Positions 41,201 to 53,400 of a stretch of 64,000 nucleotides of DNA are shown piece by piece. The position numbers were made by a program, and so were the translations under genes. Source of the DNA: a virus (lineage: Duplodnaviria; Caudoviricetes). How positions within the stretch are numbered: the stretch's first letter is position 1; every line of letters starts with the position of its first letter. The stretch lies in the IMG/VR virus record IMGVR_UViG_3300031760_000018, positions 1-64,000 of that record; one strand, written 5' to 3'. Under the pieces are notes generated by a model that did no database searches, had not been told where the DNA came from, and saw nothing but the letters and a program-made list of their open reading frames with translations.

Positions 41201-41344
41201 GACGTAGAGGTCTTGCTATTTATTTGCATCCGATTTTATTACGCCTTCAATAGTTTGGTCATATTTTAATTCTTGAATCTTAGAATCGGTTATCATAGAC
41301 ACAGCCTAAAATAGCTGATCAGTAAGTTCATTAGTAGTAGCCAA
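32228..41344 (-). CDS. Giant tail-tip / central spike protein, ~3038 aa
   Basis: TTG start 9 nt after AAAGGAG. Eleven ORF-track pieces from 40604-40801 to 32228-32521 share one frame, ending at TAA 32228. The N-terminus has 'YHVGEEVYVNIPSGD..KFIIGRK'. It also has 'SAGTKDSNNRFSGVMMGDW', repeated 'G.IG.W.I' motifs and a coiled coil near 33900-34600. It lies directly after the TMP. Confidence 0.75.
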
Positions 41345-41369
41345 ACTATTCATCTCCTTTTTCTCTACA

Positions 41370-41419
41370 TCTACTAATATTCAAAAATTATTATATAAGT
41401 CTTATCACTTTATACCCAA
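41370..41419 (-). promoter_or_regulatory. Candidate phage late-promoter motif, copy A
   Basis: TTGGGT-N27-TTTTGA-N8-AGA, between the TMP terminator and the RBS of the 41344 gene. Confidence 0.5.
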
Positions 41420-41420
41420 T

Positions 41421-41452
41421 AAAAAAAATTGGGCGGAATTAAATCCGCCCAA
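41421..41452 (-). terminator. Intrinsic terminator after the TMP gene
   Basis: Minus strand reads TTGGGCGGA-tttaat-TCCGCCCAA followed by T8. Confidence 0.85.
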
Positions 41453-41457
41453 AATTT

Positions 41458-44400
41458 TTATCGACGATTTGCATATTGTGCCGCACGATTAATAAGATCA
41501 TCAAATGCCGCACTAATTTCATCACGATTCTCTGCGTTAGGAAATTCTGCATGAATTTCTACATTTTGTTGCATTTCACTTTGATTGCTTGTAACGGAAC
41601 CTGCCGTAATACCTCCAAATGTGGATAACATTGCCACTGTTGTCATTTGTAACGTATTCAAAATGTCTTTTACTAAATTAGAATCTAAAGATGCAACTTG
41701 TTCAACAGCATTAAACATTTTTTCAGTATCTTTAGCGTTTAATATATACTCTGGTTTATTACGAGTTCCATCTAACCAAGCAGGTCCAGTGAAATCAGCA
41801 AGACCGCCCTCTTCATATTCAGTATAATTTTTAATACGCTTTTTCTTAATCCAATACTTATCTCCACTATTTGCGCCAGAAGTAAATTCAACATAAGCAT
41901 ATCGACCTTCGAATTTGAATACATCAAATTTATCTCCTCGACGGCTACCTCTAATTTTGCGGCCATTCTTATCATGAGTGCTACCCTCATTTAATGAACC
42001 ATGACCTATTGCCCCATTATGATCATCTTGTTGCTGCTATTCTTGCTATTGAGGAGTAGAAGGAGTCTATTCTGGTTCTGGAAGTTCAGTAGGTGTATCT
42101 GGATTTAATGCACCTGTTCCAAATAGATCTAACCATCCACCTTGTTGTAATGAAGCTAATTGTTCAGCCATAGCTTCAATTTCCGCACGAGCTGCAGCAA
42201 TAGCAGCTTGTAAATCATTCCAAGCTTGACTCTATTCATGAACCTGAGAATATAAATCTGCCATATCATCAACTAATTGAGAAGCTGCTTCAGATGCTGC
42301 AGCCATTTCATCATTAGTGTCTCCTAATGTTTCAGTCATACCTTGTAAGCCTGTACCAGTTTCACCAGACACTGCATCAATAGCTAATCTATACGCCTCT
42401 AACGCAGCGATCATATCATCAGAGCTTGCCTTCATTTCAGTCTTTAATGAGCCCCAATTAGTAATCATAGATTGTACATCAAGATTAATTTGATCTGTAA
42501 TTTCAGTATGTTTCTCGCCATAATGATCGAAAATAACTTGCTAATTAGTCATTAAATTACTGGTTGCAATTCCATACTAATCAGAAATCCATTGTAATTT
42601 ATCTGCATATTTTGCATCTAATTCTGCTAATTTTTGAATACGAGTTTCTTCATCATCAGAGAAAGCTAACATAATTTCTTCACGCTTTTGCACATAATCA
42701 GCAATAGTATCAAGATATTGTCCCTCTAATTCTTTTGCCCGTTCAGCAGATGTTTCATTAATCTATTGTAATACGTCTTCATATTTTTGTTGCTTTTCAT
42801 CAATCTTATCTTGGTCTGCAGTATATTGATATCCCATATTGCCATTCTAATCTCTTATAAGTCTTACAGTACTCTTTGCGTTCTTTGCATTTTCTAAATC
42901 ATCCATGGCTAACAATAATTGATATTGTAAATCCATCATCTTAACATCGTATTCAGTTAATTCATTTAATTCAGATTGTTTGTTAATAACTTCTTGTAAA
43001 TTGCGGAAACGTTCTTTACTTGCTTTATTACTTGCATCATTAGCCGCTTTATCAATCTAACGATTCAATTTAGAAACTTCATAAAGTTCTTTAGATGCAG
43101 AAATGTATCTTTCTTGTTCTTCAGTATACCAGCTATAATCATCAACTAAATCTTGGAAAGTCTTATAAGAACCAGTTAATCCACGTTGCCAATCTTCACT
43201 AATACCATGAATTGTATTCTCATACTTATCGCGCAATTTTTGTAATGTCTATTCAGTATATTCAAGCAATTCATCTTGAGCTTCATTCATCGCCTATACA
43301 GCTTCCCAATATTGTCGTTGTTCAAGTTCAGAAAGTTGAGTAATATCTCCGCCGCACTTATTATAAAAATAAGATACTTCATTTGCTTTTGTTTCATACA
43401 TTTCTTTTGCGCGATCAATTAATGTATCATAAGTTGCTAATTCATCTTCAATAATTTGATTCTTAAACCAATAATTTGTTTCTTGTCCCATTAAATCTAA
43501 CATGCTCATAAATTTATCTGCTAAATCTACTCGATGTTTCATAACATTAGTAAATGTAGTCCATTTTTCTTCACTTTGACTTAATAAGTTACTATATGCT
43601 TCTTCAATTTCTTGTTGCTTAGTAAGCATATCATTAAGATATTGTAAAAATTTATCTCGTTCTTCTTTAAGATATTCAAAAAATGTTTGTTCATCAATAT
43701 AATCATCTTTAGTTAGATTTAATTGTTGAAGAATTTGCTGTAAACGAGCTTCCATTTGTTCACCGGTTAAGCCTTCTTGTTCCATTAAATCTAAATAAGG
43801 TTTAATTTTTTCAAGGTAAACTCGATATTTTTGTTCAGCACCCCGCATACCAGTTGTACTAGTTGTACCAACTTCTTCATGAAATTCATCCCATATACGT
43901 TGCATTTGAGTCATTGTAGTTCTCATTTGTTCAGGAATGGTTTTAAATGCATTCCATCCAGTTTTCATTTTTTCTTTAAAATAATCATCAAATTTTTGTA
44001 AAAATTCAATATCGTTAACTTTAAGTTCAACAGCATAAGTAATTTGCTCCATGTTATTCGCAGAGATCTAACTAATCATATCAAGGACTTCATTATAGGC
44101 TTCTCTAATACGATCTAATGCTTCTTCATACTTTTGAATTTGTTCCATTACTTTATCCCATTCTTCGAACCAAGCATCAAATTCACTTTGACGTTTTTCT
44201 TGTGCGTCTGCACTTAGTCTATTCCATTCATCGATTTTCTTATTATAAGCATCAAACATTTTATCTTGATATGCATCAAAATCAATTTCTCCATTTTGAT
44301 CATAAGTTGGTTCAAATCCTAATTTAAATGTTCCACTTCTAAGATTCCCATCTTCATCTGTATATTCATATTTACGACCAGATTTCATAAAATCTTGTAA

Positions 44401-47400
44401 TATTTTTTTATCTTGTTGTGCGTATTTTAATGCTTCTTTAGCTTTCTATCCCTATAATTTAATTTGTTTTTCAAGTTGTTTATTTTCTGCTTTAAGAGCA
44501 TTTAAATAATCAGAACCATATTTCATATCTTTTAATTTTTGAATACGCTCTAATTTATTTTGTTGCGCGCCTAATGTACGATCAGTTTGATGATATCGTT
44601 CTTTTTCTCGATTATCTTTATGTACTTTATCTCTTCTTCGACGCTCTCTTCCTCCACCTTTATTATGCGCAAGAATAGAATTTTTACCAACATAATAATT
44701 GTGATTATTAGATACTTCAAAATTAAATACTGGTAAAACTTTAAATTCAATACCGATATTTAAAATTTTATGCCAAGTTCCATTAGCAAATAAAACTTCA
44801 TCATTAATTTGTAATTCAGATGCAGCAATCCATTTTATGTGATTTTGTCGTTTTATATAAAATCTATGAATGCCAGTTACAATTAATTCATCGTCTTCAA
44901 TAAATAAAGTGTAAATTGGCTCAATAACTATATGGATCATAGTCTATTGAACTTTACTATATTCATTTCTTTTTAATTGCTCATTATATGATAAAACAAT
45001 ATCTCCTATTTGAATATCTTCAATATTTTTATAAGCATTTTGCATTTTAATTAAAGTGCCTGCGGCGAAACATCCTCCTCCGCCGCCTCCTTTATTATGA
45101 GCTAAAATTCGATTTAATCCAACATAATAATTATGATTATTTAACACTTCAAAATTATATACCTATATTTTCTAAACTTCAAAAGAAATATAATTAATCT
45201 AATGCCAAGTCCCATTTGCAAACATAACCATATCATTTTGACGTAATTCAAATACGGGTAACCACTGAATGATTTCATTTCGATTAATTAAAAATCTATG
45301 AATTCCTGTTACTTGAAGCTTTTCTGTTCCAATATATAATGTATAAATTTTTTCATTAACTATATGAATCATAGTCTAAACTACTTCATCATATTCATTT
45401 TGTTGTGTTTGTTCATTATATGATAAAACAACATCTCCTTTTTGAATATTTTCTATTTTTTTATATCCATTAATTGTAGCAACTAAAGTACCCGCAACAA
45501 AACAACCTCCGCCACCGCCAGGACGAGTACCTGTACCTTCTGGAAATTTTGGTACACTAACAACAGTTTGACCATCACCAGTTAATTCACCTTCTGCAGT
45601 TCCTGTTGCAGTACTTCCATTTGGAATTGAAACAGTAACTGTAGAATTCATTGGCATATCAATAGAGTTTTCTCCCTATACATCTTCCATAGTAGGCTCT
45701 CCAGGAGGAATAACTGTATAAGTAATAGTTCCTTCTTGATCTAAACATTCAGTAATCGCGTCAGGATTTTCAATTAAATATTCAACAGGTATTTCAATTC
45801 CTTGAGCTGCTGCAGCATCAGATATAGCCTAAAAATCCATACTTTGACCTAAAGCCGCTGCGCCTTCTGCATTAGTTGCAACATATTGATAAGCATCGCC
45901 AACTTTTTGAACTTGCATTCCCATATCTGCCAAAACAGTATTAGCGTCTTCTAAACTATCAAATTGAGCAACATAATCTGCTGCACTCATTACTGCTCGC
46001 TAAGTAGCATCATAAGCAATACCCATAGTATCTGCTAAACTACTCATTTCTTTATTTGTTAATCCTAAAGACTTTTGCATTTGTAGTAACTATGAAATAT
46101 CATCTCGTTTTAATTTTTCACCAAATTTTAAACCATTTCCAATTTTATTTAATGCTTCTAATTCTTTTGCACACTAAGCTGCACTTTTACCAAATTTTGC
46201 CATCATTTTATCTAATTGCTAACTTAAAATGGCTTTTTCAACTTTTTCCATAGCTTCTATTGATCCTTTTGCCCATTCTTTAATATCTTCTAAATTATCT
46301 TTTACAAACTAAGTATCAACTGCTCCATCTAAATCGTTAAAATAATTATTAACAGCATCTCTCAAAGATTCATAAGCAGTGGTCTGCTATTCTAAAGTAG
46401 ATGTTGAACTTTCTAAAATAGCAAAAGCTCCAGAAGTAGCTTTTAATGCAGCTTCTAATGCCTAAACAGCCTAAGTACATTTATCATATTCAACCGCAGC
46501 ATTTGCCATTAATACAGGATTTTCTGCATTCATTTGATTAAATGACTCTGTTGTACCTTCAGTAGTAGCCAAAGCTTCTTCATACTCCTGTAATTCTTGA
46601 CGAGTTTTGCCTAAAGCTTCAGCTGCATTATTTAAAGCAACTTGAGTATTATCGGTTAAAGACTATAAATTTTGCTAAGCTGCTTGAATAGTTGCATCAG
46701 CAGTAGTCTAAATACTCTAAACAGCTTCTTCAGAAATAATTTTTGCAACTTCACCTGTATCCATTCTTGCTTCATCTGCGGCCATTGGAGCTTCTTCTGT
46801 TTCAGTTCTCGCAGTGCTTTTATCAACACTAACTTTTTTACCATACTAATCAGTACCTTCTCCAATTTGTGCTTTAGTCTACTCTGCAACTAATGCTTTC
46901 TATTCTTCTACTAACTAAGTTTGGTCTAAATAATTCTAATGTACTTGCGCAGCTAAATCTGCATTTGAGGCTCCTAAAGCCTATAAACGTTCCCATTCCT
47001 AAGCTGTAAAAATTCCTTCTGTGCTTTGTCCTTTAACTCCGAATGCTTTTTCATTTTTTATACTCATAGCTTTTTGTAATAATTCCGCATCTCCCTATTG
47101 CCACTAACTATTATAAGCTTGTAATAAACTTGCCATATCTGTAAATTCTTGTCCATTAAATTTTACTGTTTGCTATAAAGCTCCTCCAGTAACTCGCTAT
47201 TCCATATTTGTTCCATTTTGTTCAATCTATTTATTTTTATAATATTCTGGTGCTGCAATTACTGCAGCGAGAGCTTCTTGCCAATCACGATCACTGAATA
47301 TTCCTTTAATTGATTCTTTTTTAGCTATTTGTTCTCCAGTTGCTTTATTTGTAATAGTTTTAGCTTCTTTATCAACAGCATATCCAGCTTTATCTAATAA

Positions 47401-50400
47401 TGCTACAGTTTTATCCGTCATACCTTCAACAAATTCTGCGATTGAACCTGCATTACCAAACAAATTATCTACAACATCTTGCTAAAAAATTTCAAGTCCT
47501 TTTTCTCCACTATATCGATCAGATTCTTGTAATGCAGTACCTGCTTCATTCCAATTTGCAAATCCAGCTAAACCTCTTGCAGATGTAGCCATATCTCTTG
47601 CAGTTACTACATCAGGAGATAAACCAGATATATTTTCTTGCGCTTCTTTCCCTCTACTACTAATAAATTCAGAAAATTCTTCTGCTGTAGTCGAACCGGA
47701 TGCAATAAAAGCATTAATATAGTCATCTATACTTTTTAAACCTTGAGATAATGATTTACCGCTAAAAGCAGCTTCATGCATCGCAGCAATAGTTTCGAAA
47801 GTACTTGTCCATATTGCTAATACTTCAGATGCAGCAGCCTATTCTGCTCCAACTATAGAACTAATTGAACTAGACCAATTATCTTCAAGAGATGTAACCA
47901 CTTCAGCAAGAATTTCTTTTGCATCATCACCTGCTTGTTGACATGCCTCAATAAAAGCATTCCAATAAGTAGTCGCATCTGCGCCAGATCCTATTTCATT
48001 TATTGCCGTATTAAAAGCTTCTTTCATTGCATTTTGTACATTTGCCGGCAATGAACTGAAACCAGGCTTACTTAAAATTTCTTGGAAAGCTTTAGCTGCA
48101 TCATTACCATTCGCTTCTAAAGCAGATTTCCAATTTATAATAAAAGTATCTGCTAAGCCTCTTGCCTAACGAGGATCTGTAATTACGGATAAACCAGGTA
48201 CATTTTCTAATCCTAATGCTCCAGCATTTTTCGCACTTAAATAATCAATTTGTTTTAAAGCTTCTTGTGCTTGTGCTTGTGCAGCAACTTTTGCTCGTGC
48301 CTATATTTTATCTCCTTCACTCTTATTAGCTTCTTCCCATTTATCAGTTAATCCCATCTAAGATAATTTACGAGCAGTAGCAGTCCCAATTTGTCCTTTT
48401 TCTAATGCTTGCATTAATTCTTCGCCAGCACCTGCAATTTTATTATATTCTTTTTCTAATTTAGTTGCTTCCCTAGTGGCGCGTGCCATTGCGGCAGATA
48501 TATTAACTCCAAGTTCAATAGCATCAGTTGATAACCCTTGCTAAGCTGTTTTAGCTTTTTGCATTCCTGTAACATAATCATTAAAAAACCCCATTAATTT
48601 TTCGTCGCCCTCTGCCCATGCTCGCTATTCGTCAGTTAAAGTAGATAACCATTCATCATATGTCATTGTCTCAGTAATATTATCAAACATATTAGAAGAA
48701 TATCCATTATTTCCTGCACTATATGTTTGCATCTATTCTTTATAGCTAGCAACTAATGCATCTTGTGAATTTTTTAATTCAGCCATTACAGATTTATACT
48801 ATTCAGCAGTTCTTATCATCGTAGGATCTTTACCTACCGCTAATAACTATTGAGCTGTTTCTGCAGTTAATTGACCCGTTTTTAAGAAAGATTCATAATT
48901 ATCATGCATAGTTTGACTTAATGAAACCTATGAATTTAAACGCTCCTAAGTTCGATCCATAGCACTCATTTGTTTATTTAATTTACGTTGTTCTTCATCT
49001 TCTTCAGCTTTATCTCCCTATCCTGTCATTTGTGCAGCATTCTAATTTGCCGCCCTTGCTTTTCTCATCATTTGATTATACTAACTATTCCAATCATCTC
49101 TCTAAGCTTGTTTTTCTTCTTCAGTAGCATAAGCCTCTAATTCTTTGTCCGCTTGAGCCTACCAATGATTCGCTTCCTCAATATATTGCTATGCAGCATC
49201 ATCATAAAATTGTCTAATACTAGCTCCAGCTGCTTGTGCGATTTCTGTTTCAGTTAACCCTTGTGTAGCAGCATATGTTTGCCAATCTTGAGTTTTATTA
49301 CTTGCAGCATAAGAACTTACCACATTAGCAATACGACTTTTTTGACCGACTTCATCTTCAAATTTAGCAGCTCCTTTTTGCGCTTCAGCCATACGTTCTG
49401 CACTTTGTGCGGCTTCTAAAGCTGCTTGGCCAAAAGCTGATAAACCTTCTTCTGTATTTTCTAATGCCGCAGATAATTCAGTTATTGCATCTGCTTGACC
49501 AGATAAAGCTGCGCTAATTAATTCTTGAGCACTTTGATATTCACTACCTTCTTTTGGTGTCCAACCTGCTTCTGATAAAGTATTTTCCCAAGTTGAAGTT
49601 AAAAATTGATCCATAGTATCTTTGTTAACTGTAGCTCCACTAATTTCTCCATTAGTAATTCCTTCAAGGAATTCTTCCGAGCTATATTCTTTTCCATTAT
49701 ATTCAATTTTGCCTTCTTTAGTTGTTTCCATTTTTGCATCAGCACGATACGTTAATCCTGCTTGCTATGCAGTTTTATAACGAACATAATCCATACCTGT
49801 ATATGTACCAGACTCATCGCCTATTCTAGCATGAGTGTCAGGTAAATAATCTAAACCAAGACGAGTTCGTTCAGCTTTCATCCAAGAGTCAACCATATTC
49901 TCATATGAATACATATCATTATTTAATTGACCTTGACGTGCCATTGATAAGAAATTTTCTACAGTACCATTTGCATTTGATTGTTTATATCCTTGCCACA
50001 TAGCTAATGCTTGTTGCTTATTCGCGGCAATCATATCAATTTGATTAGATCCACTTGCAATACCAGAACGTATTGATTTAATCTAATTAAATGCATTAGT
50101 CCATGCTGTTGCAACTGCCTATGCTGCATTTTGTTCTAAAGATAACTATGTAGAAATAATAGAGCTCATTGAAGTACCAAATTCAGTAGCTAAATCAGTA
50201 AGAGATATTTCTGCCGAGTTAGCCGCTTCTGTTAAAGCCTATATGAAATTATCTCGGATTGTTTCTGCACTATCTCCAGCATTAATTGTTACTTGTGACC
50301 AAGCATTCTACATTACTTCTTGAAGATCTGCATCTTCAATTCCAGCAATCCATTCTTCTACCTAAGTTGAAATTTGTTCTGTACTATCTCCATGAAAAAT

Positions 50401-53400
50401 ATCGTATAAAGGCATTCCATGCTCATCATATTTCTACAATGAATGAATTTGATTAATACCTTCAGTTACATTTTGTATAGTAGATTCATACTATTTAGCC
50501 TATCCAGCGAATCCAGTCATTGTCATTTTAGATACAGCATTAAAACGCTATTCTGCAGTTGTTGCTCCTTCCCAAGCTGTCATAATACCTTCAGTGTTAA
50601 TACCAGCTTGTTTAGCTAAAGTTAAATATTTCTGTAACGCATTCTAAGATTCCTATGATAAAATTCCAGTTTTCGCATCTGCAGCTAATGATGTAGCTAA
50701 ATCACTTCGAGCTTTTTCAGCATTCGCAGTCCGTTCTTTTTCTAAATTATTTAATTTAGTTTGAGCTTCAATTTGTGCTTTATAATAAGCCGCAGTAGTT
50801 TGATAAGATTTATCAGTTGCATTCTATTTATTATTTTCCGCTGCAACAATTTTTTCTTCATTTGCAATTACTTGATTCTACCAATAAATATATTGTGCTC
50901 GTGCTTCATCAGTATCTAAAGAATCAAAATCTCCCATAGCATCTAATTGACTTTGCGCATAATTTTTTAAATCAGAATATTGTTGTATTTGTTGATCATA
51001 AAAAGCTTGAGATAATTCAGTTTGTGCATGAACTTTATCTATATATGAACTACTTCCTGCAGTTAATGTTTCAAAAGCAGAAGTAACACTTTCATCTCCT
51101 AAAGCAGTAACTGCATCATATAAATTTTCATACGCCTAAGTTCCTTGCTCAGGAATAGTTGCTAAATTACTTAAATCAATATTTGATAAAACAGACAAAC
51201 CCTCTGTAGTATTTTGTAGCTATGTATTCATTGTATTTTGTTTATCAGTATATTCAGTAACTGCCATTGTATAATTTTCTAAACGAGCAATGGCCTCATC
51301 AGCTTCATCTAAAGCAGTTTGAGAAACAACCTATTTACTCATAATTGCATTTTTACTACGAGTATAATATTCTGCAGTCATTGGCTATTCTAATGCCGCA
51401 TCATTTAATGCCTGTAATTCTTGTTGTTGGCGTTCTGCAGTTGTCATATTTGCACGCTATTGTTTCATTTGAGCTAATAAAAACTACTATCTTGACTATT
51501 TAGATTCCCAATTTATTCCTTCTTGATCCTATAATTGCTAATAAGTTAAACCCGTATTATCCATTAACGTTTGCCAATCTTTTGTTTCTAAATTATCTTT
51601 AGAAATTAATCCACTTAAATTTGTTAGTTTTTCTGAAGATCGTAATTCTCTAGTAGTAGATACCGCAGAAGTATCCATTGTCTAAATTTCTGTTAATCCA
51701 TCAGCCATATCAGCAGTAAAATAATCTTGAGCACGCAATCTACTTTCAAAACTGTCTAATGTAGCTAAATCATTTCGTATTTGCGCAGCTCTATTTTCAT
51801 CTGCGGTAATTAATTCAGTTTGTAACTCTTCTCTTTTCTCTTGAATTCCATTATATAAATTTGTTAAAGATTCTGGTGTTGTCTCTGCATCAAATACAAC
51901 CTTATCTGCATTTGATTCACTAATTGACTAATAAGCTTTTGGTTTCCCATCTTCCCCAACTAAAGTTCTAAGAAGTTTACCATCCAATAAACCACTACGA
52001 GCAATATCTCCATAAGTAGCTTTTAAATCTTCATATACCTCTTCTTGCCATTGTTTTTCATTTTCTTCCATAATAGTTTGATATTGTGATAATCCTTGCG
52101 CTTGAGCTTCTGTTCGAACTTCATTCATCTATGAAGCCATTAATTGTAACATTTCTTGCTAATGTACTGCATCACTATTAATAAATTCATCCCATTTGCT
52201 CTCATATAATTCAGCATCATTTATACTGCCTTTTTGACCGCTATAAAAAGACTAAAATAAAGACTAAGCTGCACTTTTATTTTCTGCCTTAGTATCAAAA
52301 GTTCCTACATTTTTATAGACTTCCTAAAATGATTCTTCTGATAAACCAATTAACTAATCCATAATACCAGCCATTGGCGCAGCTAATTTTGAAGCTCGTC
52401 CCATTCTATGAGCTATTTCAGAAGAAGTAGCCTATTCTTCTAATCCTAACCCACTTAAATCAGTTAAATTACCTAAAATTTCTATAGCATTTGGTCCTAA
52501 AGCTTCTTCAATCTCATTAGCCCGCTATCTTCCATAACGAGTTTCAATTATAGATAAATTAGAACTGCCTGCAACATAATGCCGATTTGCAGCACCTTCT
52601 GTTAATCCATTGCTACTTAAATACCCACTAATAGCACTTCTAACTGCATTTTTACTATCAATATTTGGATTATAGTATCCTTGTTCTGATAATGTACGAA
52701 TTACCTCTGCTTCTACTTCTTGCGGAGAAGAACTAGCATTAACTTTTAATGCAGACATTATAGCTGGTACCTGAGTCTAAATATTAGCTGTTCGTTGTTC
52801 TTTTAATACTCCTCCAAAATTATTAGCAATTTCTGCTAAATCTGCAAAACCACCTTTAGTATATAGTTCATATAATTCGCCACCACTTTGACGCATCTAT
52901 TCCAAACCTTCATAAAATTTTATATGTCCTTCTGTTGTATTAGGTATATATAAATCGTCTCCCTTTACAGTAACACCTAAAACTTGAGACATAAAATCTT
53001 CATAAGAACTATAATCTTTGCCATGATATAATTGTTGGAATTTTTCTCGACCACTAGTAAATCCTGGCAAAACCATAGAAGACAGTTCATTAACTGATGC
53101 ACCACCAACTAAAATATCTTCATTACCAGTATTCGTTACCTATAATTGTCCATTGGTATTATCAACAGTAATTTCTCCACCTTTTAAACCAAATATGCCA
53201 GTTCCTCCTGGATTAATAGCATTCATAATATCATCAAATGTCCATGAACTTACATCATTTGTAACAGGATTATTAAAATTACCATATTCTGTATACATTT
53301 GAGTTAAAAGAGATTTAGCCCAACTTCCTCCACCCCAACCAGTATCTCCATCATCAGGAATATACTACAATACTTCATCTAAACCAATAGAAGTAGTGGC

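Noticed and set aside
44662-45504. Canonical mobile inteins with a homing endonuclease
   Set aside because: Each domain is only 137 aa with no LAGLIDADG or HNH insert, and the +1 residue is Lys. They are reported as BIL-like Hint domains instead.
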